From positions 1,302,001 through 1,366,000 of the forward strand of contig NC_089429.1 in NCBI RefSeq assembly GCF_026210795.1: a DNA stretch of 64,000 nt, written 5' to 3'. Positions 36,376 through 48,976 of the stretch are shown here, in pieces (position 1 is the stretch's first letter; the number at the start of each line of letters is the position of its first letter). The notes under the pieces are model-generated. The model saw nothing but the letters and a program-made list of their open reading frames with translations, was not told where the DNA came from and searched no databases. This DNA comes from Rhizophagus irregularis. Taxonomy: Eukaryota. The translations under genes were made by a program, and so were the position numbers.

Positions 36376-38084
36376 ATTTTGTGAAAAAGAGAGATGAATT
36401 ATTCAACGAGAATAATTAAAAAAAAAAGAATAAGAAATTATTTATATTATAGATATGTTCGTGACAAAATAATTACGTAAAAAATTTTTTGGGAAATTTA
36501 ACAACAAAAGCGAAACCAAATTAGGGAATATAAAGTAATTTGCTTATTCTCATTCTGCCTAAAATCCTAAAAATGGTATTTTTTAAGAAAATATTATTTA
36601 TGTTATACGAGTAAACGTGTACATCATTCATGTTTTACAGACGTCAAAGTATTATGGTAACTACTTTATTAGGATGAATGTAACAAAACCTGTAACGAGG
36701 CGATCCAGTGATTGACGTACGTGATATGCATACTAACTTTATTAATTTTTAGATCAACATTTAGATAAATTTCAATTGTGGATAATTTTTGATAATTTTT
36801 ACACTTTTTCGATCACGAATCATGTGACCTGTATTGTAAGTGAATATATTCAGGAATTCAGGAAATATGCGCTAAAAAAACATTATTTTCGAATTGTGTA
36901 TTATATTCGAAAAATTATTTATTACATTTATTAAATATTTCCACAAAAGAAAATAAAAAGAAAAATCACAGTTTATAACACACTTCTAAGATCCTGCTTT
37001 CGGATATATGGTGCACTAGCACATGAAGGATGATGTCGTTCTTAAGTTGCTTTGGCGTCTACACAAGCAAAAATGGATGTTTAACCGGAAAACACTATAG
37101 TAGTGTACATTAAAACCACTATGAAACATAGTCCTATACCTAGTAGCACTGTTTTATTTATACACTTTAAAAACGATAATAAATATAATATAAAGTATCA
37201 TATAGAAAATTAATTATCATTATGGAGTAAAAGTGAAATATTGGCATTACTAATTTTTAAATTATAAAGAAGTGAAATATTGGTGTTGCTCTTTTAAAAT
37301 AAAAAAAAAGTGGAATATTGTAAAAAAAAGAATCACAAATTGGTAATAAAAGTTTCTGAAGGAACGAATAGAATTAAAGGATGATAAAGGTTATCCTGGA
37401 CCAGTCAAATGTGATTGGTTTATTTTTTACCACAATTTTTAGATCTTTTACTTATAATACCAACCATTAAACATAAGAAAATATAAATATAAAACCTGGC
37501 GAATACCAGCTCATCAGGGACGATCGGATGATTTCAGAAGAGTTGGGAAAAAACCATGAATAAAATTCACGATTAATTAAATCCGTGAATAAATTAATGA
37601 ATACTTTCGGGATAAAAAGTTGTTCCTTAGTTACTTTGCAATTCTAGATTTTATTTATCATCGGCGAGCATGCTCACCGTAGTACAATATTGATCATGTA
37701 ATATTATCCGCAGCACAAAAATTTCTCAACAACTGTGACCTTCGGGTCACGGTAGTATAAAAGAATCAAGCGGCTATATTATGAATACTTTATCGACTCA
37801 TGCTGCGAGAAGCGAGCGGACGGACAACAGGAATTTTGTGTCACCATATCTAAAATTCTATAATCCATCATGAAAATTACTTTTATCATACGAAATAAAT
37901 TTTTTTTTTTTGCTCCAATAATCTTTTATTCTGTTTTATACCTACTATAAACTGAAAACTAACAAAAAGATGAATGAATAAATGTAATAATTCTCTAATT
38001 AACGTTTGTTGCTGACTTAGCCAAGTCTTTAAAAAACTTGTTGTCACCTGATCACCACGTTGAGGTGCAGCAACATTGATCAGG

Positions 38085-39210
38085 GGGGAATAACGAAAGG
38101 GAAAGGGGAACGAAAGGGAAAGGGGATAACGAGAGGGAAAGGGGAAAACGAGTGGGAAAGGGGATAACGAGTGGGAAAGGAAAAAACGAAGAGGAAAAGG
38201 GGAAAACGAGAGGGAGAGGGAAGGGGGATAACGAGTGGGAAAGGGGATAACGAGTGGGAAAGGGGATAACGAAAGGGAAAGGGGATAACGAAAGGGAAAG
38301 GGGATAACGAGTGGGAAAGGGGCGAAAGGGAAAGGGGATAACGAGTGGGAAAGGGGCGAAAGGAAAGGGGCGAAAGGGAAAGGGACGAAAGGGAAAGGGG
38401 ATAACGAAAGGGAAAGGGGATAACGAAAGGGAAAGGGGATAACGAAAGGGAAAGGGGATAACGAAAGGGAAAGGGGATAACGAAAGGGAAAGGGGATAAC
38501 GAAAGGGAAAGGGGATAACGAAAGGGAAAGGGGATAACGAAAGGGAAAGGGGATAACGAGCGGGAAAGGGGATAACGAAAGGAAAAGGGGATAACGAAAG
38601 GAAAAGGGGATAACGAAAGGAAAAGGGGATAACGAGTGGGAAAGGGGCGAAAGGGAAAGGGGATAACGAGTGGGAAAGGGCGAAAGGGAAAGGGGATAAC
38701 CAGTGGGAAAGGGCGAAAGGGAAAGGGGATAACGAGTGGGAAAGGGGATAACGAGTGGGAAAGGACGAGAGGGAAAGGGGATAACGAGTGGGAAAGGGGA
38801 TAACGAGAGGGAAAGGGGATAACGAGTGGGAAAGGGGAAAACGAGTGGGAAAGAGGGAAAGGGAATAACGAGAGGGAAAGGGAAAACGAGAGGGAAAGGG
38901 GATAACGAGTGGGAAAGGGGAAAACGAGTGGGAAAGAGGGAAAGGGAATAACAAGAGGGAAAGGGAAAACGAGAGGGAAGGGGAAAACGAGTGGGAAAGG
39001 GAAAACGAGAGGGAAAGGGGAAAACGAGTGGGAAAGGGGAAAACGAGAGGGAAAGGCGATAACGAGTGGAAAGGGGAAAACGAAAGGGAAAGGGAATAAC
39101 GAGAGGGAAAGGGATAACGAGTGGGAAAGGGGAAAACGAGTGGGAAAGGGAATAACGAGAGGGAAAGGGGATAACGAGAGGGAAAGGGAAACAAAAGGGA
39201 AAGGGAAAGA
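38085..39210 (+). repeat. Purine-rich minisatellite, ~19-bp unit gggaaaggggataacga(gt/aa/ga)
   Basis: About 1.1 kb of near-continuous units with 12-13-bp and 18-20-bp variants; extreme G+A strand bias. Confidence 0.95.
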
Positions 39211-39847
39211 GCAAGAAAATACACAAACATACACACACAAACCCCTACACGCAAACCTACACACAACAGCCAACATACCTAAAGGAAAACGTAAGAATAA
39301 AGAGGAGACCTAGACAGAGAGAAGACAGACCTAAAAAAAAGAAGATAAAAAGACCTAAAAAAAAAGATAAATATTATTTAAATTATATACTCATGACAAA
39401 TCCCACATTAAAAGATTAGGTGTTATGTGTCATAAAAATTTTTTTCGCGTTAAGTAAACTTTTATTCATATGACCAATACAGTGACTGTATGAGTAATTA
39501 TATCTAACATCGTTACGCAGATACACAAAAAGGAGATATACAATAAAAAAAGGAAAATGCAGGGGTGAAAAGAATGACGTACATGGAATATTACATGGGT
39601 TGTATATCAAATTGTCTATAGAATGTCTTTTGAACAATAATTAATACATCTCTAGACTCTAATATAGGCTTTAATACATAAATATTGTTTAATTTTAGAT
39701 GCAAATTCCTTAATTTCATCTATTATCGTGCTCCGTATATTAAATATAATTGCCGATAATTTTGTTATTTTTAAAAAATCAAAAATAAGCTATAATTAAC
39801 GTTAAGCTATAATTAAGCTAACGTCAATGGGCCACACGATAATATCG

Positions 39848-39978
39848 TTATTGTGCTTTGCGTTGATAAATATACTATTATCAACCAATTCTAGTATTCT
39901 GATTGGACAGATTTGACCACTACGTGACGCTATAATTGGTTAATAATTGTGATATTAATCGTTGCAAGCACAATAACT
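39848..39978. repeat. Imperfect inverted repeat (~130 bp), possibly a decayed MITE
   Basis: gttattgtgctttgcgttgataaatatactattatcaaccaatt pairs with aattggttaataattgtgatattaatcgttgcaagcacaataac. Confidence 0.55.
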
Positions 39979-40567
39979 TATAATTACAATTAGAATAAAA
40001 ATTCCCTTCATTAAAATGGAGTTTTAAATTTCTCATATTACTAATGAAATTTGGATTTTTTAAGATAACTCAAAATAGAATTAAAATATTCGCTACCTAA
40101 CGACGAGTATATGGAATATTAGTATCATATTCAATAGATATTTTAAGTTTTTAATCCAATTGAGAGACAAGTATTTTGTGTACCTAAACGTTTGATAAAA
40201 TTAGAATAATTAAATAATGCATTTGAAGAATTGTCGCAGGAATTGTTTAAACTCAAAAATTTTTTTTATAATTCCAATTCTGTTTCACTTCCTAAAGCTT
40301 CTTCGAAAACGATGATTTTTGTCATATTTATATGTTAACGTTTAATTTATACTTTATTTAAAAATAATTAATAGAAATATCACGGAAATATAAACACTAT
40401 TTATCTACTCAAAAATTAATTGTTAAGTTATAAAATCCAACACAGAAAATTATAGAACAAGGTAGTGAAGTTACTTATCAGCTTTAATATATTTGCCTAT
40501 TTTGGTTAAAAAAAAATTTAAAATTGTCAACGTGACGTACTATAAAGATTATAAAAAATTTAATTAC

Positions 40568-42895
40568 CTTTTTTTTGTGTTTCTTCATCAAACTTACGCT
40601 TTCTTGAAAATTCTACAGGTACGGTTGTGCTTTGAGAAACGGAGTCCGTATTTTGTGTTAATGAACTAAAAAATGCATAATGAAATTTATATTTTTCATA
40701 ATTTATACTCATTATATTAATAATTACCTTCGAATATTATTTATATCATATTCATATTCTTTTGTAATATATCCTATAAATTAATAAAAGGTCGTCCAAT
40801 TAATGTTTCATGTCTTTTACATTAATAGTTAATTACTACTAATAACGAATATATTGCAACATACCAGTTTCAGAAATCACGGAACTTAACGCTCTGCTTG
40901 TATAAATTGCTTTTGGATGAGATTTTTTACTAAATTCGGGTCCAAGTTTCTTTAATTGTATTAATTCTAATCTTTTTGCTTCAGCATTTATAAATGCTTT
41001 CTCAATAATACTATTTTTAGTTGTAAAGCACTGTTCATAAAACAGTCCATTGTTAAAAAAAGCTTTGGTTATAAAATCCAATTCATTACCCCATTTGTTA
41101 AAAGAATTAAGGATTTCAATTATTTTGCCAATAGTTGGTCTTTTTTGAGGATTAGAATCCCAACATTTTATCATTAAATTGGAAAAACAATCAGGAGTAT
41201 CATTTGTAATTTCAGGACGTTTTCCATCAATAATTTCATAAATTAGATTAACATTATGCTCAACATTAGCAAATGGTTTACATCCTGTTGTAAGTTCCCA
41301 CATAATCATACCCAAACCATATATATCAGATTCTTTTGAAAATACACCACCTTTAAATATCTCTGGTGCAATATAAGGTATTACTCCATATATTTCATTG
41401 TTTAATGAAGAGTTATTTGCAGGTTGTGATAATCCTAAGTCTCCAATTTTCCAGTCTTCCAGTATCATTAATAATATATTTCCACTATGAATATCACGAT
41501 GTATAAAATTATTATTATGAATTTTTTCAAGTCTAAAATAAAAAATTTAGTAATTAATAAATTAAATATAAATAGCAAATACATGCATTAAAAATTCTAT
41601 AAATACCCAAGTGCAATATCCACTAAAATTCTTAATTTTTTTCCCCATTTTATTTCTTTAAAATTCTTTTGCAAATAACTGTATAAATTTCCACCATATG
41701 CATATTCCATTACAAGCATATACTCTTTTGTTACAGGATCTTGTGTAATACCATAACATTTAACAAGATATGATTCATCATGACAATGATAAAATGATTT
41801 TAGCTAAAGTATAAATAATAAATATGTTAATATATGTTATATAAACAATGCAAAAATATTAAATATTAAAATTTTACCTCATTTAAAAAATATTTATTGA
41901 TACCTCGTGAATTGATTAATCTTTTTATGGCAACATCACTATCACGTGTACCGTTTGACCAAGTTGCTTTATAAATTGTACTAAATCCTCCTTCTGCTAT
42001 TTTCTTTAAATTTTTAATTTTAGAATATGGAATCCATGTTATTCCTCTTAAATAAGATCTTTTAATGAAATTATATACTTTTAATGGATTTGAACTTGTA
42101 TAATTATTTATATAATTAGCAATCAAATGATGACTATTATCATCAATTCTAAAAAGAAATTCATCTATAATACAATTTCCACTACTTATATTTGTAATAT
42201 CAATAGTAATTAATGATATTCTTTTACATTTCTTACATTGAGATTGGTATGTAATTCCGAAAATAATATTAGTCGTTAAACAATACCTACACCCACTATA
42301 AACTATATAGCAATTTGTAACACCATTTTTGACAATAAGATTCTGACTCTTGTTGTATGTATTCTAGTTCTAGTTGACAAATTACACATTTGTTAGAATT
42401 ATCCCACCATGGTAAATTTAAAATTGAAATAGGTTTTTTAGTTAAAATTGATTCTACCCAACCGGAAGAAAGCCGATAACTATCTTGATTATGTTTAAAT
42501 AACCATTCTTTATCACATAATTCACAAACTATTTTATTATGAGTACAATAGTAATCATTGAATGACGGGGTATTTGGGATTATTTGTCTAAAATATGAAA
42601 CCTCAGAACAATATTGACACCATTCTTGAATGTTCTTTGTATGATGTTCAATACACTTAGCGCACCTATTTGCTGCTATATTCGTATCCAAGTATGTATC
42701 ATTACATGTATTATATGTTACGTTTTTAATATACTGAAATAAACAATTTCTGCAATATTTTTGTTCAAATTCAAGTGTCTGGGAGTATTTATTTTTACAA
42801 TAAAAACAATTTTCCTCCTTTTTCTTAAAGGGGATAAACAAAACAGGTAAAGGACTAGACTTTAATCTTGGTGATGAATTATTATTTGTGTTCAT
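40568..42895 (-). pseudogene. Frameshifted Cys-rich-N-terminus protein kinase, paralogue of 2835-5162
   Basis: Shares PRLKSSP and CRYCLTTNII blocks and intron positions with the paralogue. One extra base near 42318 breaks exon 1. Kinase motifs (EGGFS, VAIK, HRDIHSGN, GDLGL, APE) are otherwise intact. 3' end approximate; a sequencing error cannot be excluded. Confidence 0.75.
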
Positions 42896-44138
42896 AATAA
42901 TATATTTGAGAAAGTAGCTTATAAAAATCTGAATGTTTAAATTATATAATAATATTTATATATATTTAGGAAAAAAATTTTCCTCAAAGTTTTATACCCG
43001 TCTTATTAATACTATTAAACTTCGTTTATTAGACAGCTACCGTTCGGACACTTAAAACTCGCGTTGAATAAATATCGAAAAAATGAAAAAATGTAAAATG
43101 TGTCAGCTCTGTTGGTAAAGCGCCTTTTTGTCAATATTTTTCCATTCTGCTATAACATATAAAAGGAGTGACAAATTTTATAAATACTAGACCCTAAATA
43201 GGAAGTGATCGACAAAGAGTGTTATGACATAATCACACAAATTAATTGCATCGGTTAAATAATTTTCCGTAATTTTTTTGTAATCTCCAAATAAAGCGAG
43301 AATCAAACTTTTAAAAAATTTCCAAATTAAGTAAAGATCTTTCCTTGTTTATCAAATTAGACTGTTGTGTTTCATAATTAGAATTTTCTGATTTCTATAA
43401 AGAAAAGGTAACGGAATTTCATTTTTTTAACCTTTGAAAATGACTGCGGATGGCGCAGTGAAAAATCTAAAATAGGAAGGTTATGAAACTGACGGAATGG
43501 CGAGTGAAACTGATTAACGATACAAACGATCTGCATTTATCACGTGGGAAGGGATAGGTTGTATAATCAATTGTATAGATGATATAAATTTCTTTCTATT
43601 TGAGAAAGTTGAAAATTTTTAAATGAAAAAGGAGCTATTTTGAAAAATGCTACAAATGCTTAAAAATATTAAAAGCTATTTCAGGAAATCACGTTTATGA
43701 GATTACTAATAATTTTAACAATTAATGGACATTATGATTTAGAAAAATAGTATGTAGTTCGTACGTCTTGCAATACACTCCTTCTTTAAAATATGAAAAT
43801 AAAAATATAAATAGATATTTTTATTTGTTATACTAGCTTGTAATTTATTTATTTAAAGATAAATGCACATAAGAATAATCATATTTAAGCTTTTTGCAAA
43901 ATGTATTCATTCTTTATTAAATTTTTGAATTTTTTTGAATTTTCTCGCAGAACTTAAGTAAAAAAAAATTGAAGCTGCAAAATACCAAATTACCTATAAA
44001 AAAATTATATAGGATTTCTTGCCTACATTATAATCCTAATTCCTTTTTCGTTACTAAATGAGCTAATTATAAAGCTTTAGCTTCAGCAACAGCTTTTCTA
44101 ACAGAAGCTTTTGATAAAATTTGAAGCTTCTTTTCTTT

Positions 44139-44248
44139 CCCTATAAAAAAAAATTCTGGAAAAACCTCTGATAAATGATCATTTTTCTAGTTTTATTCCG
44201 AAAGAAACTCAGACACGTGATCATTTACTGAAAAATTTTTCTTATGGT
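44139..44248 (+). mobile_element. ~110-bp CCCTATA MITE, copy 1 (right TIR decayed)
   Basis: Aligns end to end by eye with 47585-47695 and with the reverse complement of 51626-51733. Confidence 0.8.
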
Positions 44249-45469
44249 CTCAAAGTAATTTTTTGCGCAAAATATTTCACGACCGTTTGCTTGCTTTCAA
44301 CACGGCTCTTTTAACAGAAAAAACACTTAAAAAAAGTTCTTACAACATTTTTTTAACAACACGCCAACCCAAGAAACACTTTATTAACTCTTTTTTACGT
44401 TGAGTACATGCACTTTAACTTGAAATAAAAAGTTATAAAATTTTAGGAGCAAATTTTTTCACGACTGGCCTCGCCTAGATAGTTCTCTTATCCTATTCAT
44501 AATACCTTTTCTTTTCCTTTTATCGTTATGAGCTCAACCACTACACCTACTAGTCAAGAAAAAAAAATAAACAAAAACCTACCCGGAACATGTTTTACTG
44601 CGCCCCTATAAACCAATAAAAACTTTATCCCATCTTCTTCTCCCGGGACACAAGACAGGTGACACTCGAGGTCACCATGTAAAAAAATGGTTCTGCGCAC
44701 ATGATCCGGAGAATGAGCCAAAATCATGTAGATCGCTTCCATTTGTGGATAATGCCGACCAGCATTACATATAGAGCTAATAGTACAGTAGTAAATGTGT
44801 GCCGCTCTTCCTCTGACCTATCTGACCTATATATATTATAACTCGGGGTCCTATAGTTATACAAATATATATTAAATTTACGTTTATAATTTTTGCGTTA
44901 AATTATTTATGGTAATTTTTATTTTATCAAGATGTATTTTTTATTGGCAAAAAAAAATGTTATAAAGTTATTTTATGTACTTTTAGTTTTATTATTTTTA
45001 AAATATAATAAACTATTAAGATACTACATTTTACTTACTTTCGCTATAATAGATCATGTATTTTATTGTAAATATAATTAACACTAAATAGTTTGTTCTT
45101 ATACATTACAAATATGAAATATTATTAAACATGCTATGTCAAAAGAAGAGTGTCCTTTTTCTGATTTAATATGTAAACCCTTATGTAACTATCACCTTCT
45201 GATATAAGAGATACTATATAATGCCCAATTTTACAATTAAAATATTTTCAATGTCTTCACTGTTGATAACTTAATACAAAACTCATGTTTAGTTCAGTAT
45301 TTTTTTTCTTCATAAAGTATTAGTATTATTTATAAGAGGTTAAGGAGTTATATTATATCCTGCATAACTAATTGTCGTGTCAGATTTTCCCTTTTTTATT
45401 GAATGTGATCTTGTAATATTAATATTTTAGCATGAAAAACGTCTAGCTAATGATAAAAAACAACGAAAG

Positions 45470-46010
45470 AATCCGCTAGACGAAAAGCAGATAAAGCTGC
45501 GGCTATCTAAAGCTTCACATAATCAACAATCAAACGACAACCCACATCAAGTTTCCCTGCCGGTCGACATGGCCCAAGGGAACCCGATGAACATCTACTC
45601 TAACAACGCTGGACCATCAATGTTCATAGCTAACCCATCATCATCATCTACAACTACAATATCATCAACATTTATATTTAATAACCCATCTTATACACAA
45701 ACCACTTCCCTCACTACCATTTCATCACCCTTAACTAACATCAATGCTTTCACACGTGTTAGCGATGTTATTTCCAACATGCAAAGTAGGTACAAATTTC
45801 GCCTGAACAAAAAAGACGCTAGGTACCTAAAGAGAAACAACATCTTTATCAAGCGCTCTCTGTCGCCAAGTGATAGCGAAGATGAGAACACTTTTAACCA
45901 TAAACGGTCTAAAGAAAACATCATTGACGAACCTGACACTCCCGTCTCTGGATCTAAAAGGAAAAGTGTTTATCATCTCCCTTCGTCCCTCCGATAGACC
46001 ACCTTTCAAT
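45470..46010 (+). other. A/C-rich ORF fragment (142 aa), possibly a retroelement ORF1 N-terminus remnant
   Basis: Abrupt composition shift; ATG-initiated S/T/N-rich then basic ORF 45569-45997; no diagnostic motif. Confidence 0.25.
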
Positions 46011-47209
46011 AGTATAATACCATAGTTTTTTATTAAAGTACCATTCCGTCTATGGAAGTATTTATAAATAGAATGAATGAAAGATCAATACGGGAGGGAT
46101 AGTAATAATCGTGAAAGTATTAGACAGGATTTTTTGCTACCCTTTGTTATTTTTTCTTTTAATACTACGGATAGAACTGTTATGCCTAAAATAGTTCATG
46201 TTTTGTATTAGACGGGACGATCTCACGTGTGGGATCAGGTGTCAACTTCTTTAATTTAGAGTAATTGCTACATATTGTTTGTACCTCTGTTTCTGTAATT
46301 ATGTTAAAAATAAAAATGAAGATAAAATTGTTGTTCTTTACTATCATTTTCATGATAATCTAAATTTAAATAATTATTATCATAAACTTTTTGGTGGTTT
46401 TTGTCTGTTTTGCCTCCTTCTTTTTCTTTGCCTTTACTTTTTTTATTTGTTGTACTCTCCATTTTGCTTAAATCTACACTTTGATTCTAAACTTCCAAGA
46501 TAAAGACTAAAATTATTAAAGTAATTAATTTGTTGTTATCATATATATCCTTTATTAATCTAATTTTATACATACGTAATAGTTTTATTCTCAACTTGTT
46601 TATAATTACTCCCATCCAATAATATAGAGTTATTTGTTGAAAAAAAGACTATTAAAAACATAGTAAATTTCGATCATCTGCAGATGTATGGATAATGTAG
46701 TGTTGTAACGAAAATTAACAGATGAAAAGGATATCTAGGCAAGGATACCAATCATCTGGATCAAAATAAACTTCATTATGAATCAATGTATTTAGCGTTT
46801 TATGCCCATGCATTTTCTTCTTTCTTTTTTAACAACCCCAGCTTCTGATGTATATACTTATTACAATATATAATAATACATATATGTATGTATGATAATA
46901 TGATTTAAATTTTTATTACATACAAATAACACATAATTATGATCTTATTAACAAATATATATTCTGAACCATTTTTTGAGTCAATATAATAAAAAAAAAA
47001 TTGTGTTTAACAATTGAAGAACAGTGATATGATATGACAATATTCTCTATTGAATAAATGACAAATAACTAGTCATTTTGAAGTTATTTGATTAAGTGAT
47101 TTCTGCATCATTGGTAACTATGCTTACATTACCCGTTTATTTAAGTCCACTTTTTTCTTTCCCTCTTTCTCTTCTTCCTTTATTACAATATGGCAACTTC
47201 CTTTACAAT

Positions 47210-48976
47210 ATGGCAAGTTCAAAAATACTTTTAGGATATATGCCTGAATTATTAAATGATATCATACAATACTTGCAAGATGATTATAGAACATTACACT
47301 CATGTATTTTGATTAATAAATTATGGTGTCGTTTAGCAATTCCATTTTTATGGAAAAATCCATTTTCAATAAAATATCCTAAAAATTATTGTTATATTGA
47401 TGTTTACTTACATAATTTAAGTGAAGATGATAAAACAAAATTAAATGAATATGGAATCAAAATAAGTGTATTTTCATCAAATACATTATTTAATTATTCT
47501 AGTTTTTTTAAATGTTTAAAAACATGCGACTTTAAATCATCTATTGAGGATTGGATGAGTATTAAGAACGAATATTTATATCAGCCCTATAAAAAAAATT
47601 CTGGAAAAACTCCGATAATAAATGATCATTTTTCTGGTTTTTATTCCAAAGAGACTAAGACACGTGATCATTTTTTTGAAAAATTTTTTATAGGGCAGTC
47701 ATCTCAACAGCAACTTTTAAGATTAATTTACACATCTTTAATTGAAAGATTTGTTAAGAATGAAGCAAATTTACATACTTTTGAATTCAATGGAAATTAC
47801 TATGAAAATATTATTTTGGAGATAATTTTGCAAAATCCAAAATTTATTCATAACATCAGAAATTTATTTATTACTTTTATATCTAATAATGAGGTTACAG
47901 CTTTATTAAAATTATTACTTTCTAATCACAATTCAATTTCAAAATTTCATTTTCAATTTCAACAAATTAATAATAATATTAAAATTAATGAATTAATTAA
48001 AAATTATTCATCTCAAGTAATTAATTCACAACATAATCTCAAAAAATTAATTTTTGAAGATTGTGATACTAGTACTAATGTAACTCACTTAAATCATTTA
48101 TTATTGTCATTAAAAGATTCTAATTGTTTAAATACTTTAGAAACAATTATATTTTATAAAATTAATTTTGAAAAAATCACTTCTTTAAAAGAAGTATTTG
48201 AACAATTAAATGTTTTAGAATCTATTCATATAATTTATTGTTCTTTTAAAATTCATAGATTTGTTCAACAAATTATTCATATTACTAAACCATTTAAGTT
48301 GAAATCTTTATTTGTGGGTGAAAGAATTATTGAACGTAATTATTATTCAGAGAATTATGATATAACATTAATAATTAATTCAATGCAATTATTATTTCAA
48401 AAATCTGGAAAATATTTAGAAAATATTGGATTGTTTTATTCTATTGATTTTAAGTATGCTGAATTGAAGGAATTGAAGGAAAAATCATTGGAATTAATTA
48501 AAAATTATTGTAAGAATGTTAAACATTTTAATTCAGATGTATTTAGTATTCAGAGTGCTCATTTGGTGTTGAATTCAATCAAAAATTTCAAACAAAATCT
48601 TAATTATCTTACTATAGAAAGTAGAAATAATGAGTTTTCTTCAATTATATTACTGAATTTAGGTCAAATTCTTCCTTGTAGTTTGGAATATTTATGTTTG
48701 GATTTTTATAACGCATATAGTAGTATTGATTTAGAAGTATTTTTAAAAAATTTAAAAAATACTTTTATTGAAAAATTGATATTATCGATTAGTTCATGGA
48801 GTGATGATATTTTACGATGTATAAAGAAGTATATTATGAAAAAGAAAAGAGTTAAGTACTTAGCTATTAATGTAACTGAACAAGTATTAGCAAATGAAGC
48901 GAAAGAATTTAAGTTATATAATATAGAATTTACGTCTATGTGCAAAATTTATAATTACCTGCCTGATTTGCTATAA
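47210..48976 (+). CDS. F-box-like / LRR-like protein carrying an in-frame MITE insertion
   Basis: The family-homologous start MASSKILLGYMPELL is the ATG at 47210, not the GTG at 47096. The ORF stays open through the MITE to TAA at 48976. Confidence 0.82.
   Translation: MASSKILLGYMPELLNDIIQYLQDDYRTLHSCILINKLWCRLAIPFLWKNPFSIKYPKNYCYIDVYLHNLSEDDKTKLNEYGIKISVFSSNTLFNYSSFFKCLKTCDFKSSIEDWMSIKNEYLYQPYKKNSGKTPIINDHFSGFYSKETKTRDHFFEKFFIGQSSQQQLLRLIYTSLIERFVKNEANLHTFEFNGNYYENIILEIILQNPKFIHNIRNLFITFISNNEVTALLKLLLSNHNSISKFHFQFQQINNNIKINELIKNYSSQVINSQHNLKKLIFEDCDTSTNVTHLNHLLLSLKDSNCLNTLETIIFYKINFEKITSLKEVFEQLNVLESIHIIYCSFKIHRFVQQIIHITKPFKLKSLFVGERIIERNYYSENYDITLIINSMQLLFQKSGKYLENIGLFYSIDFKYAELKELKEKSLELIKNYCKNVKHFNSDVFSIQSAHLVLNSIKNFKQNLNYLTIESRNNEFSSIILLNLGQILPCSLEYLCLDFYNAYSSIDLEVFLKNLKNTFIEKLILSISSWSDDILRCIKKYIMKKKRVKYLAINVTEQVLANEAKEFKLYNIEFTSMCKIYNYLPDLL
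47585..47695 (+). mobile_element. 111-bp CCCTATA MITE, copy 2 (CMC/EnSpm-like termini), inside a CDS
   Basis: TIRs ccctataaaaaa / ttttttataggg; 3-bp TSD cag at 47582-47584 and 47696-47698. Confidence 0.9.

Noticed and set aside
37490..37545. Hammerhead ribozyme on the minus strand (CTGATGA followed by a ctgg/ccag stem)
   Set aside because: No GAAA follows stem II, and the alternative permutation leaves only 4 nt for stem I. The core is incomplete; an Infernal search would settle it.
38085..39210. Telomeric repeat
   Set aside because: The unit is ~19 bp, not TTAGGG-like, and the array is internal with ordinary flanks.
37886..39313. Long F/P/S/L-rich and G/K-rich ORFs (398-450 aa and 134 aa)
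   Set aside because: Open in all three minus-strand frames only because the minisatellite lacks stop codons on that strand.
46270..46850. Small spliced gene on the minus strand
   Set aside because: Exon-like blocks are present, but the frames I tried contain stops; no product can be assigned.
47096..47209. Hydrophobic N-terminal extension (signal-peptide-like) of the F-box ORF
   Set aside because: It starts at GTG and translates a pyrimidine-rich leader; paralogues start at the equivalent of ATG 47210.
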